64,000 nucleotides of DNA, taken from positions 1 to 64,000 of the forward strand of contig NIVC01000171.1 in assembly GCA_002269645.1 (NCBI GenBank). Direction: 5' to 3'. This stretch comes from Macrostomum lignano (taxonomy: Eukaryota). The notes beneath the pieces were generated by a model. That model was not told the origin of the DNA, ran no database searches, and saw nothing but the letters and a program-made list of their open reading frames with translations. How positions within the stretch are numbered: position 1 is the first letter of the stretch; every line of letters begins with the position of its first letter. Positions 1-12,572 of this stretch are shown here, piece after piece. The translations under genes and the position numbers were made by a program.

Positions 1-753
1 ATATAATCGTCAACACTGCAGTTTTTATGGTAGAGAATTTACACGGCTGGCAGCTGTACGTTTTGATGGCCGCCGTTTGGTTAGTTCGATTCACCCCCTC
101 ACCCACCCAACCCGAGTCAGAGCGAATTCCTACTGTGCAAATACTGCACAGTGCAAATACTGCATTGGCTAATAGGATTATCAGAACTAAGTTAGAATTG
201 CATTCCAGCAGTTCTCATGCTTTGCAGTGAGTCTAATACGAATCCCAACAACTGTCTGTCTGTTGCACCACCTGCGTGCACTCGCGAAATCAGCTTTCTA
301 AAATCCAAAATCCAGTGCTCTGGAAATTGTCGCTCTGATTTCTCTAAAGGTAACTTTTAGCCGGCTGTGCCAACAACGCCTCAGTGGGGCTGCAAAAATT
401 GTTGGCAAGGCTAACAGGCTCCCTCGCTGTGTAGCCACAGTGTGACGCCAGGCTGCACTTGAAAACAGACAAACAGCCTCGACATAGGACCGCGCGTGCT
501 CAGAAATGGCCTGATCCCGCCGACCTCAGCACCTGTTGCTACTCTGCGTGGCCCCTCTCCTAGCGAGGAAATTCGGCTGTGAGGCTCCCAAATTGGCTCA
601 ATAAACGCGTTCTCGATTAGAGGAGGTGGGTGACTGGTTTGAGAGTCTTCCTGCCTTCAAGTTGGGCAGACAGACACCAGGCAGGCTATCAAATGCGTAA
701 CAGAACGTTTAGGCAAACGAAATTTACTGAGGTCTTCTTCTTCCAATTGTTTC

Positions 754-756
<3 letters not shown>

Positions 757-826
<70 letters not shown>

Positions 827-851
827 AGAGAGAAGAGAGAGAGGAGAGAGA
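757..851. repeat. (GA)n microsatellite
   Basis: Visible AGAG run with a few interruptions. Confidence 0.95.
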
Positions 852-1019
852 TACCAACTCCTCGTGTTGCTATTGGCTCCTCCTAGAAAGAAAAATTGGC
901 TCTGCACTTTTACTAACAGCGCTTTCAATTCCATTTAATAGAAAGACAGGCTAATATGGTGTGTTCCGAGTTCCACTGCCGGCTCCTCTTAAGCACTAAG
1001 CTTAAGCTTTGCCTCTAGG

Positions 1020-2215
1020 CTAACCAAAGACGCATTCCGACAGTTAACCAAAGACGCATTCCGACAGTTAACCAAAGACGCATTCCGACAGTTAACTAAA
1101 GACACATTCCGACAGTTAACCAAAGACACATTCCGACAGTTAACCAAAGACACATTCCGACAGTTAACCAAAGACACATTCCGACAGTTAACCAAAAGAC
1201 CATTCCGACAGTTAACTAAAGACGCATTCCGACAGTTAACCAAAGACACATTCCGACAGTTAACCAAAGACGCATTCCGACAGTTAACCAAAGACACATT
1301 CCGACAGTTAACCAAAGAAACATTCCGACAGTTAACCAAAGACACATTCCGACAGTTAACCAAAAGACGCATTCCGACAGTCAACGCAAAGACACATTCC
1401 ACAGTTAACTAAGACGCATTCCGACAGTTAACCAAAGACACATTCCGACAGTTAACCAAAGACGCATTCCGACAGTCAACCAAAGACACATTCCGACAGT
1501 TAACTAAAGACGCATTCCGACAGTTAACCAAGACACATTCCGACAGTTAACTAAAGACGCATTCCGACAGTTAACCAAGACACATTCCGACAGTTAACCA
1601 AGACAGACATTCCGACAGTCAACCAAAGACACATTCCGACAGTTAACTAAAGACGCATTCCGACAGTCAACCAAAGACACATTCGACAGTTAACTAAAGA
1701 CGCATTCCGACAGTTAACCAAAGACACATTCCGACAGTTACGACAGTTAACCAAAGACACATTCCGACAGTTAACCAAATAAAAATTCCGACAGTTAACC
1801 AAAGACACATTCCGACAGTTAACCAAATAAAACATTCCGACAGTTAACCAAAGACACATTCCGACAGTTAACCAAAGACGCATTCCGACAGTTAACCAAA
1901 GACACATTCCGACAGTTAACCAAAGACGCATTCCGACAGTTAACCAAAGACACATTCCGACAGTTAACTAAAGACGAATTCGACAGTTAACCAAAGACGC
2001 ATTCCGACAGTTAACCAAAGACACATTCCGACAGTTAAAAAAGACGAATTCCGACAGTTAACCAAAGACACATTCCGACAGTTAACCAAAGACACATTCC
2101 GACAGTCAACCAAAGACACACATTCCGATAGCTGACCAAAGACGCATTCCGACAGTTAACCAAAGACGCATTCCGATAGCTGACCAAAGACACATTCCGA
2201 CAGTTAACAAAAGAC
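1020..2215. repeat. 24-bp minisatellite, unit ~TTAACCAAAGACACATTCCGACAG, about 50 copies
   Basis: Read directly; units carry GTTAAC and vary by indels in the A-run (AAG/AAAG/AAAAG). It ends about 75 bp before the SVOP-like ATG. Confidence 0.95.
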
Positions 2216-2289
2216 AAAGACAAAGACAAGCGCAAAGACTTGAATAGGGAAACAAGAACGAGGCAACAGGGACAAGAGAGGCTCCGGCA

Positions 2290-3044
2290 ATGTCCGAAGC
2301 CACCGAGAAGACGCGAGCTCGTCCGTCGCAGCAGGCCGGCGTTTCAAGCGCTGCTTCGGCTGGAGGCGACGACGACAAAGACGACCAACAATAAAAGTTG
2401 GCGAAGTGATCGACGCCCTCGTGTTGGCCGCTTCCAAGCTCTCCTGACGGTGTTTTGCGGCCTGCTTCTACTAGGAGAGTCCATGGGCATCACTCTGATC
2501 GGAATTGTGGGCCGCACCATCCAGTGCCAGTGGCAACTGCCCAATCTGAGGCTGGCCATCTTCTCGCTGGCCATTTTCATGGCTTCCTGCTGTTCTGCCC
2601 GCTGTGGGGCTTCCTGCTGATCAGCATGGCAGGCGGGCGTCATGATCCTCGCATGGCCTTCACCGGCTACTACATGCTCATCTCCGCGCTGTTCGCCCAG
2701 CTTCGAATGCTGTCTTCCTGCGCACTGTGGCCGGAGCCTTCATGGCAACCACGCGCCGCAGGGCCTGGTGTACATGGTCGAGTGCTGCCGCGGCAACCGC
2801 CAGGCCTATCTGTTGAAACATCGCTTTGTCGTCTGGAGTGTCGGCCCCGTGCTGGAGCTCGCCGTCGCTCTGGGACTCAACGCTGCGGCGTCGGCAACGA
2901 AACCTGGCGGATCCTCGTCATTCTGTCTGCCCTGCCCATCATCGGCAGCTGCGGGGCTTACTGGCTGGTCCCGGAGACGCCTCGTTCTACCTGGTGCACG
3001 GCCAAATGGACAAGTGCAAGGCTTCGCTCAGGCACATCGCCAGG
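2290..3044 (+). CDS. SVOP: SVOP-like MFS/SLC22-family transporter, exon 1 (frameshifted)
   Basis: Segments stitched across frames read IKVGEVIDAL-(G)VGRFQALLTVFCGL..ESMGITL..IQCQWQL..WGFL(A)DQHGRR..LVYMVE..WRILVILSALP..VPETPRFYLVHG..LRHIAR, matching SV2/SVOP N-terminal half motifs from memory. GT donor at 3045. Several single-base losses break the frame. Confidence 0.7.
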
Positions 3045-3388
3045 GTGTGTTGCTAGGGGATTAATTGTTTTGGAGAAGATTAGTCAAAGGCCGCTGCTGT
3101 ACACCCCGTGTGTGCGTGTGTACGAGTGCTGTGCCTGAGTACAGTATTGACGCGCTTGTCTGTGCTCAGGAGGCAGCGGAATGGGCAGAATTGCCTCAGC
3201 GCTGGCTGTGCGACGGATGTCTCCACGGTGACCAAAACCCTTCTGCTAATTTATTATTGTAACTGTAGATGATTGAAATTAATGTACGTGAATTGAATTC
3301 TCCTGGGATTCGAATTTTGGGGAAGATTCTGCCCAGAAATATCGATTGGCAAAGTTTTACAAGCCAGATAAAACCGAACCGCACCAAG

Positions 3389-3760
3389 GTGAACGGTCGC
3401 GAGTCTGACTTTGACTGGGACAAATTGCGCATCAGCAGGAGGCCAAGACGGCGGAGGCGCCCCGCGTCAAGTGGCTGTTCAGCAGGAGGCTTCGCTCCCT
3501 CACGCTGGGCCTGGCTGCCATCAGCTTCCTGACAAACTTCACCTACTACGGCGGCGTTCTGTTCGCCCAGCAGCTCGTCCAGGAGTCCGGCATGAGCAAC
3601 AGCGTCGCCGAGGTGCTGCAGTCCAGCTGCGGCGGCGCCGACTGCCGGCGCTGTCGCAGCGCGACTACGTCAACCTGCTGGTGACGGCCTTGTCGGAGGT
3701 GCCCGCACAGTTATCGCTCTGTCCGTCAGCGCCTACCTGGAAAGGCGGCGAATGCTGCAG
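3389..3760 (+). CDS. SVOP: SVOP-like transporter, exon 2 (frameshifted)
   Basis: VNGRESDFDW..KWLFSRRLRSLTLGL..FLTNFTYYGGVLF..CGGADCR..LSQRDYVNLLVTALSEVPAQ..ERRRMLQ resembles SVOP 'YYGLVL..DYMDLLWTTLSEFPG'. IAR|VNG joins across intron 3045-3388; donor GT at 3761. Confidence 0.65.
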
Positions 3761-4052
3761 GTGGTTTGGGACCGGCAGTTGCTAAGGGGTCATTGTGGGC
3801 ACTGTGTCGTGTGTGAATTGCCGCAGTGAAGGGTTCATGGTTAGGATCCAGTTGGAAGACACGGTGAATGTCATATTAGGGATCATCAACTTCATTCATT
3901 GTGGAGTAGGTCATAGCGAGATCATAGTGGAGCAGGTCATAGCGGGGTCATAGTGAAGCAGGTCATAGTAGTGGATAGTAGGATCATGTTGGGGCATGGC
4001 GGCAGTCAGCAGGGCTCATGGTGGATAAAGTTGCCACAATCCTTCCGCGCAG

Positions 4053-4404
4053 GTGACCGCAGGCCTGGCTGGTGGCTTCACCCTGCTACTCATGCTGAGC
4101 AGCCTGGCACCCGCAGCGCCCCCTGCTGGTCAGCCTGCTGTTCTTCGCCCGCGGCTCCGCCGTGGTGACCATCAACATCAGCAACATCTACGCGCCGGAG
4201 GCGTTCCCCACAAGGGTGAGAGCGCTGGGCGTCGGGCTGATCCAGCTCACCGGCAAGTGCGGCTGCATCCTGACGCCCCTGATCGCCCAGGTGGTCATGC
4301 CGGCGTCCCGGATTGCTGGCCTCGTGGTCTACGCGGCGCGCTTCGTCGTCGTGGTACTGCTGGCGGCCTTCTGCCTGTCCGAGAGACCAAGGACGCCGAT
4401 CTAG
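4053..4404 (+). CDS. SVOP: SVOP-like transporter, last exon
   Basis: Acceptor ccgcgcag|GTG at 4052/4053. LLFFARGSAVVTINISNIYAPEAFPTRVRALGVG..KCGCILTPLIAQV matches the SVOP/SLC22 'Y.PE.YPT..RALG.G..R.G..ITP.IAQV' signature. Stop TAG at 4402-4404. Confidence 0.75.
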
Positions 4405-4487
4405 AGGACCACTGATCCGAGCGCTGAGCCGTCCGACTCTGTTGTGAAGCGTCTTTAAGGCCATTCTGATCCTGTAATTACTCCTGC

Positions 4488-4810
4488 ATCCTGACCCATG
4501 CTGACCCATGCTGACCCATCCTGACCCATCCTGATCCATCCTGACCCAACTTGACCCATCCTGACCCAACTTGACCCATCCTGACCCACCCTGACCCATC
4601 CTGACTCATCCTGACCCATGCTGACCCATCCTAACCATGCTGACCTATCCTAACCATCCTAGCCATCCTGACCCATCCTGACTCATCCTGACCCATCCTG
4701 ACCCATCCTAATCCATCCTGACCCAACTTGACCCATCCTGACCCACCCTGACCCATCCTGACTCATCCTGACCCATCCTGACCCATCCTGAACCATCCTG
4801 ACCCCTTCCC
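4488..4810. repeat. 10-bp tandem repeat (CTGACCCATC)n
   Basis: Read directly; explains the GSGWVRMGQD-type ORFs on the minus strand. Confidence 0.93.
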
Positions 4811-5431
4811 TAGCATCCGATGACCTCATTCTTGATTTGAAATTCGACTCCCATCCCAGACCATCCACCATGTCGACGTTCATCACCTAACAAGCAACTG
4901 CGTTCGCATTTCGCTTTTAAATGAATTACGTAGTTACCAGTCTTGTCGTTTTACCTGATAACCAATTAGCAATCCAATTCAAATTTATTAGTATATTATT
5001 ATTATTGAGATATTATTCAGAAAATACAATTGTCTTAACCTGAAAAAATTTTAATTTCCAAACTAGTGAAACTTAACTGACTACTGCTCAAATTACGAGT
5101 AGTATCTTGTGGATACTTGTAGTAACCGATTCCGATATTAAAAATGGCAGCAAACACCTTAAGGTCGAGCGCGCACCATCTAAAAAAGTCGCTGGTCTCA
5201 AGTAGCATTCTAGGAAAAAAAGCCCGCAGTTTGATAAGAGCCTCGGACAAAACAAAGCCTCGGACTCCGTTTGAGATTTAGAAGTACAGAAGGCGAGATA
5301 TACTCGAATTAGTGCTCAAAAACTGAAGACATTCAATCTCACCAATGCAGTTTGAATTGCTGCAAAAGTGGCATCCTTCCGCTTCGTTAACATGCGATTG
5401 CCAAATAAGCATAAGCATAGAGTCATGACAA

Positions 5432-5552
5432 GTCAATCAATCAATCAACCAACAAACTGATCAATTAACGAATCAATCAATCAATCAATCAACCAATCAA
5501 TCAATCAACCAATCAATCAACCAATCAACCAATCAACCAATCAATCAATCAA

Positions 5553-5588
<36 letters not shown>

Positions 5589-5592
5589 CCAA

Positions 5593-5644
<52 letters not shown>

Positions 5645-5656
5645 CCAATCAATCAA

Positions 5657-5720
<64 letters not shown>

Positions 5721-5834
5721 CATACCAATCAATCAATCAATTAATCAATCAACATACCAATGAATCAATCAATCAATCAATTAATCAATCAATTAATCAA
5801 TCAATCAATCAATTAATCAAACAATCAATCAATT

Positions 5835-5873
<39 letters not shown>

Positions 5874-5946
5874 TAATTAATCAACATACCAATCAATCAA
5901 TCAATCTTAATCAATCAATCAATCAATTAATCAAACAATCAATCAA
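5432..5946. repeat. (AATC)n/(AACC) tetranucleotide microsatellite, about 510 bp
   Basis: Read directly. Confidence 0.95.
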
Positions 5947-6669
5947 CAAAGCATCTAAAAACTTCAGACTAATTGGCTAATTGATAATTTTGTCTTAAAA
6001 ACGAAAATTTCCTATCTCAGTTTGATTTCAAAGAAAAGTTACATGCAGCGATAGGTAAACTTTGTTGCACAAGAGATTTTGTAATTCAGCATTAAGTTTA
6101 GTCACTGAATTCAGAATACAAGCAGTGTTGAATTTGCTATCAGATAAATTTGTTTATTACAATCATCGTACGAAAATGTTCAAGCCAGAATTAACACGTG
6201 TCTTGGAAAGTATTGCTGAGAAACTAACAGGCTCTCATATCTAACAGATTTTAAAACTCAAATTTCCAAGAAATTACACGTCAGCTGAAGGCTGCACTTT
6301 GAATTCTGCAGAAAAATTGTTTATTCATTGAATGACCGCGAGAGATAACGAGGCAAAAGTGTTTAAGCGTGTAATAACATCAACAGTTCAAACCGACAGT
6401 CTCTTATCAAGCTGTTCTAGCAATGCCTATAGAGGGCGTAGAATCGGGCATGTAGCGAGAGGAAGCCGTAACTTAACACCTTAATAAACAGATACTCCTA
6501 GATTACAAACAAAGTGTTGAGCTAGTGTAGGCTCGAACAAATAAGATTTTTTAAGTGCCATTACGAGAGAAATGGGTTCCAGTCAGCATAAGTAACCAAA
6601 TTATAAATAGTGTTGTACATGCGCAGCGTATTGATTGATTGATGTCCTTCTCTCAATGACTCAAGTCAG

Positions 6670-8393
6670 TCAGGCCAACGGGTCCTCGGAGATGTACCGG
6701 GACTCGTCAGCGGCAGTCGTGGGATCGCCGGAACGCGAACGGCGACTCCTCAGCTTGAAACAGTTGCTGATGCCGCCTTCTTCGTCCGTGGCGTCGTCTT
6801 CGTCGCCTGGAACCAGACTGCGTCGCTGCTCGCCGTCGCCAAACTGCTGCTGCTGGCGTCGGATGGAGCACCGACGCGCTAGCAGGACTGAGCCAGCCAT
6901 CAGTGCGGCCAGGAGCAGCACTCCAGCAGAGATGGCCACGGGCAGAACCCAGGCAGCAAGCTTGGCTTTGCCCGGAATGGCCGGATTCTCTGTGGGACTC
7001 TGAGTAGTAGCAGTACTAGTAGTGGTAGCAGTAGTAGTAGTAGTAGAGTTACAATCGGCAGGCTTGCAGTCGGTCAGTTTGATCGACTTCCCGCTGGCCT
7101 GGTCGCGACACGTCACCTGGTCGAGCTTGTAGAATTTCTTGCGAATGGCATCGGACCCGAGCTGCTTGCTGAGCCACAGCAGGCTGCAGTTGCACACCAG
7201 CGGGTTGCCAGCAAGCCGGAGGCCGCCGTCATCCAAGCTGGCCAGACCGGGCAGCGGATTCTCGCTGTCGCCGTCCAGCCCGCCGATGGTCGTCACGCCA
7301 GCGTTGGACAAGTCGAGTCGGCGAAGGGTCGGCTGGCCGAACGTGTCCGAGGTCCACTTGGACAGGCGGGTCCCAGACAGATTGATGTCCGTCAGCTTTC
7401 TCAGGTTGGACAGCTGAGCATCCAGTGACGTCAGCGGGCACTGGTTGAGGAACAGGTAAGTCAGGCTGGTGCCGCCCTCCAGGGCGTTCGGCTGGATGCT
7501 CGACAGCTTCTGGCTGCCGTCCAGGTGCAGGATGTCCAGACTGGGGAAGTTGCCGCTCGGCAGGAAGCCGTCGGGCAGCTCAGTCCAGCCAGTGGATTTC
7601 AGGGTCAGGCCGAGGAACTGATTGCTGAAGCGGCAGCGCTGAAGGCAGCCGCCACCTGCTCGACGGGCAGGTCCGGGTTCTGGCTGAGATCCAGGCTGGT
7701 GAGGTGATCAGCCAGGGGCAGCAGGGCCGTGGGGTCCAGGGCAGTCATCTTGACGCTGTTGAGCTTCACGGATTTGAGAGAACCAGCAGCACCGAGGGCT
7801 GCCAGGGTGGCGTTGCTGAGCTGGGGGAAGGTGTTCTTGGTGAGGACCAGAGACTCCAGCTTTCTGCACTTGGCATACGAATCCGGCGCTGCCGACCCAG
7901 TGAGGAGGTTCTCATCGATGCCCAGGTGAGTGAGGCTGGATCCGACATCATCGCACAGATCGGGCCAGTCGCTGAGTTGATTTCTGGTCAGGTAGAGCCG
8001 GCTGAGACTGCTCAAGCCGGTGAGGTTGCCAGGTCCGATTTTCTCCAGCTTGTTGTCAACCATGCTCAGCTCCTCCAGTTTGGACAGATTCTTCAACTCA
8101 TCGTTAATTTTCGAGATGCTGTTCCCATTGAGAATGAGCACCTGAGTGTCCACCGGGATGCCGTCCGGGATGCTGGACAGGCCATGGCAGGTCACCTGGT
8201 TCTTCTTGACGCCGTGCCTTCGCATCCCAACGGTGCAGTTGCACTTCTCTGGACAGTCCTTTTCAGCGCCTGTGGCGGCGGCCCGGTCGGCCGGTTGTGG
8301 CTGGCGGACCATCAGGAAGATCAGTGGAACGCAGATCAGAAGACCAACGATCGACAGCTTCATCAGCGGTCTGCGTGACTTTGAGCTGGCCAT
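6670..8393 (-). CDS. Intronless leucine-rich-repeat type I membrane protein (signal/anchor, LRRNT, about 11 LRRs, LRRCT, Thr-rich stalk, TM, short cytoplasmic tail); one frameshift near 7637
   Basis: ORF 8393-7605 has a hydrophobic N-terminus, CPEKCNC..VTCHGLSSIPDGIP (LRRNT) and LxxLxLxxN repeats. The frame of ORF 7311-6670 reads open from about 7636 (RFSNQFLGL..LDILHLDGSQ..LTYLFLNQC..LRRLDLSNAG) into NPLVCNCSLLWL (LRRCT), TTTTTATTTS and TM WVLPVAISAGVLLLAALMAGSVLLA. Restoring one base gives a single 574-aa ORF. Confidence 0.88.
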
Positions 8394-8924
8394 GATGATC
8401 GGGTTTTGATCTGGGGAAGCGAGTGTGAAAGACGAAGAGTGAATTGACTCGAATTCTATTAAAGCTTTATTAGATTTGGATTAGATTCTTGTTGCTTAAA
8501 GCCAGCCAGTTAAAGAGGGGTTAATAAGCTTTTCGTGAATAAGAGCCAGGCCATTTCTTGGAAATTCCGACCCTGAAGTCCTGTGCTATTTTTAGCTCAG
8601 AGTACACTGGTGACTGTGGCCAGCTGCCGAGGGGGATTGGCTGGCCCAACGACACAAAAGCAGTCCTCTACATATTGGCATGGCATCATGACTAAAAATA
8701 GTCTGGTTAACGGAAGAAATTTTCGGTTTCACTTCAAGAATTGCAGGAACTGAGAAATTATTCGTGAATAATGCCCACAAGAGTTAGTATTTTAGAGGTC
8801 AGCACACGAACAAAGCACTTGTGCAATGCGACATCAGTGAGCTCAGTTTTTGGTCAGGGCAATGTTGATAGCACAAATAGAGAATTAATAATCCATACTC
8901 GTATCAGTTATCAATATCATTGGA

Positions 8925-9306
8925 CAGTTCTCATCAGTTCTCATCAATTCTCATGAGTTTGTATTAGTTCTCATTAGTTCTAATCAGTTCTCATGAGTTT
9001 GTATTAGTTCTCATTAGTTCTAATCAGTTCTCATCAGTTCTCATCAGTTCTCATCAGTTCTCATCAGTTCTCATCAGTTCTCATCAGTTCTCATCAGTTC
9101 TCATCAGTTCTCATCAGTTCTCATCAGTTCTCATCAGTTCTCATCAGTTCTCATCAGTTCTCATCAGTTCTCATCAGTTCTCATCAGTTCTCATCAGTTC
9201 TCATCAGTTCTCATCAGTTTTCATCAGTTCTCATCAGTTTTCATCAGTTCTCATCACTTCTCATCAGTTCTCATAAATTCTAATCAGTTCTCAACAGTTC
9301 TCAACA
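8925..9306. repeat. 10-bp tandem repeat (GTTCTCATCA)n
   Basis: Read directly; near-perfect core about 9030-9270 with degenerate edges. Confidence 0.95.
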
Positions 9307-9834
9307 GTTACAGCAACAAGGACACTCTGATGTCAATTTTCATTTTAAACGGTAGCTTTTTTGAAGCAGACTTTGCGCCAAAGGAAACGTTCCAACACTC
9401 CTACTTACTGCCTACCTAATAGTAGCCAGTGTGGTACTTTTAGGCAAGCAAATTTTTTTGCGGGCATCGGCAGAATTGAAAGCGGAATTGAATTTCACTG
9501 ATATATAGGAAGAAATGTTCTCTCTGTGCAATCACGCCAATACGCCAAAAAATCATTTCAATTTTCAGCTATCGGGGTCAGCGCTTATTCATAAGCTGTG
9601 CTGTGGAACTGAGAGGCACAGATCTGTCCTAGATTTTAATCCGGTTCACACATTAGATGCCGATTTGCTTCTGAAGGATTTGCTTCTAATTCTTAAGGTT
9701 TTGCTTCAAGACAGCTTGACCTGGTACTAGTCTTAGATTCACGCTCAATTCACGCTCCACTCACTCTCTATTCACACTTCTTCACACTTCTTTCACACAC
9801 AATTCACACTCGATTCATGCTCCATTGGGGTCAT

Positions 9835-10660
9835 GATAGTCACATTGAAGTCAGGAGAGTCACATTGAGGTCAGGAGAGTCACATTGGGGTCAGGAGAGT
9901 CAAACTGGGGGTCAGGAGATTCACATTGAAGTCAGGAGAGTCACATCGGGGTCAAGAGAGTCACATTGGGGTCAGGAGAGTCACATTGGGGTCAGGAGAG
10001 TCACATTGGGGTCAGGAGAGTCACATTGGTGTCAGGAGAGTCACATCGAGGTCAGGAGAGTCACATCGGGGTCAAGAGAGTCACATTGGGGTCAGGAGAG
10101 TCACATTGGGGTCAGGAGAGTCACATTGGTGTCAGGAGAGTCACATTGGGGTCAGGGGAGTCACATCGGGGTCAGGGGAGTCACATCGAGGTCAGGAGAG
10201 TCACATTGGAGTTAGGATATTCACATTGGGGTCAGGGGAGTCACATTGGGTCAGGAGAGTCACATTGGGGTCAGGGGAGTCACATTGGGTCAGGAGAGTC
10301 ACATCAAGGTCAGGAGAGTCACTCCGGGGTCAGGGGAGTCACATCAAGGTCAGGAGAGTCACTCCGGGGTCAGGAGAGTCACATCAAGGTCAGGAGAGTC
10401 ACTCCGGGGTCAGGGGAGTCACATTGGGTCAGGAGAGTCACATCAAGGCCAGGAGAGTCACATTGGGGTCAGGGGAGTCATACTGGGTCAGGGGAGTCAC
10501 ACTGGGTCAGGGTAATCACACTGGGTCAGGGGAGTCACATTGGGTCAGGAGAGTCACATCGGGGTCAGGGGAGTCGCATTGGGATCAGGGGAGTCACTCC
10601 GGGGTCAGGGGAGTCACACTGGGTCAGGGGAGTCACATTGGGGTCAGGGGAGTCACATTG
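9835..10660. repeat. 19-20-bp minisatellite, unit ~GGGTCAGGAGAGTCACATTG, about 40 copies
   Basis: Read directly; source of the GQESHIGVRRVTL ORFs. Confidence 0.95.
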
Positions 10661-10951
10661 AACCCAGAGAGGTTAAATTTGGGGGTCCAACTTGTGTTCA
10701 CGGGATGGCACAGGTATCGCAGAGTGGATCAACAATAAATTTGGCAACTAGCATTCTAAAGCTTCCAGTCCGGAATGCTACAACCAAGGACTTCGTATAG
10801 ATGTCCATGCCAGGGTTGGCCAATAAGCGATCGTCACTCAAATAACTTAAATAAGCAAGCAATATTGCCGCAGAAGGCAGCCTGTCTTGCAGTCCTGCAG
10901 CTTGTCAAGCAAACTTCTCTGCAATCTCGCCTACAAACGGAATCCCCCAGC

Positions 10952-11331
10952 ATGCAGGAGGAGTTCAACTGCCTGACCGTCAACGCCACCGAGTACACCG
11001 ACCTGCTGCACATTGAATCGCTTCGACTGTCGCTGGCGGCCATCTGGGTGGCCGTGGGGCTGGCCATGTTTGTCGGCAACCTGCTGGTCATTGGGTCCAT
11101 CGCTGCCTACAGGGCGATGCGGACCGTGACCAACTGCTACATTCTGAACCTGGCCATCACGGATCTGCTCGTGTCCGTCATTGTCCTGCCGCTGAAGGGA
11201 GTCCAACTGCTGGGACCCTGCTGGCTGTCCGCCAAGATCTTCAACTCGCTTGGCTGCGCTGTGGTCACCTTCTTCCTGATGCTGCTGGTGTTCACCAGCC
11301 TGCTCACTCTGGTGGTCATCTCGCTGGAGCG
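10952..11331 (+). CDS. Class A (rhodopsin-type) neuropeptide-receptor-like GPCR, exon 1 (TM1-TM3)
   Basis: MQEEFNCLTVNATE..FVGNLLVI (TM1 GN), MRTVTNCYILNLAITDLL (TM2 LAxxD), ISLER. Phase-2 donor CG|GTGAG at 11331/11332. Confidence 0.92.
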
Positions 11332-11351
11332 GTGAGGGAAATCTGCCCCCC

Positions 11352-12572
11352 CCTATAATTAGGCGCCACAGACAAACACCTAATCAGGCATCACTGAGAC
11401 AGACACCTAATTAGGCATCACTGAGACAGACACCTAATTAGGCATCACTGAGACAGACACCTAATTAGGCATCACTGAGACAGACACCTAATCAGGCATC
11501 ACTGAGACAGACACCTAATCAGGCATCACTGAGACAGACACCTAATTAGGCATCACTGAGACAGACACCTAATTAGGCATCACTGAGACAGACACCTAAT
11601 CAGGCATCACTGAGACAGACACCTAATCAGGCATCACTGAGACAGACACCTAATTAGGCATCACTGAGACAGAAACCTAATTAGGCATCACTGAGACAGA
11701 CACCTAATTAGGCATCACTGAGACAGACACCTAATTAGGCATCACTGAGACAGAAACCTAATTAGGCATCACTGAGACAGACACCTAATTAGGCATCACT
11801 GAGACAGACACCTAATTAGGCATCACTGAGACAGACACCTAATTAGGCATCACTGAGACAGAAACCTAATTAGGCATCACTGAGACAGACACCTAATTAG
11901 GCATCACTGAGACAGACACCTAATTAGGCATCACTGAGACAGAAACCTAATTAGGCATCACTGAGACAGAAACCTAATTAGGCATCACTGAGACAGACAC
12001 CTAATTAGGCATCACTGAGACAGACACCTAATTAGGCATCACTGAGACAGAAACCTAATTAGGCATCACTGAGACAGAAACCTAATCAGGCATCACTGAG
12101 ACAGACACCTAATTAGGCATCACTGAGACAGACACCTAATTAGGCATCACTGAGACAGAAACCTAATTAGGCACCACTGAGACAGACACCTAATTAGGCA
12201 TCACTGAGACAGACACCTAATTAGGCATCACTGAGACAGAAACCTAATTAGGCACCACTGAGACAGAAACCTAATTAGGCACCACTGAGACAGAAACCTA
12301 ATTAGGCACCACTGAGACAGAAACCTAATTAGGCATCACTGAGACAGACACCTAATTAGGCATCACTGAGACAGAAACCTAATTAGGCACCACTGAGACA
12401 GAAACCTAATTAGGCACCACTGAGACAGACACCTAATTAGGCATCACTGAGACAGACACCTAATTAGGCATCACTGAGACAGAAACCTAATTAGGCACCA
12501 CTGAGACAGAAACCTAATTAGGCACCACTGAGACAGAAACCTAATTAGGCACCACTGAGACAGAAACCTAAT
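11352..12572. repeat. 27-bp minisatellite, unit ACCTAATTAGGCATCACTGAGACAGAC, left arm (about 45 copies)
   Basis: Read directly; begins about 20 bp after the GPCR donor and is interrupted by the LTR element. Confidence 0.96.

Noticed and set aside
132-407. Small hairpins CTGTGCA-aatac-TGCACAG (about 133-151) and TGCCAACAA..TTGTTGGCA (368-407)
   Set aside because: Stems of 7-9 bp are expected by chance in 64 kb and there is no supporting context.
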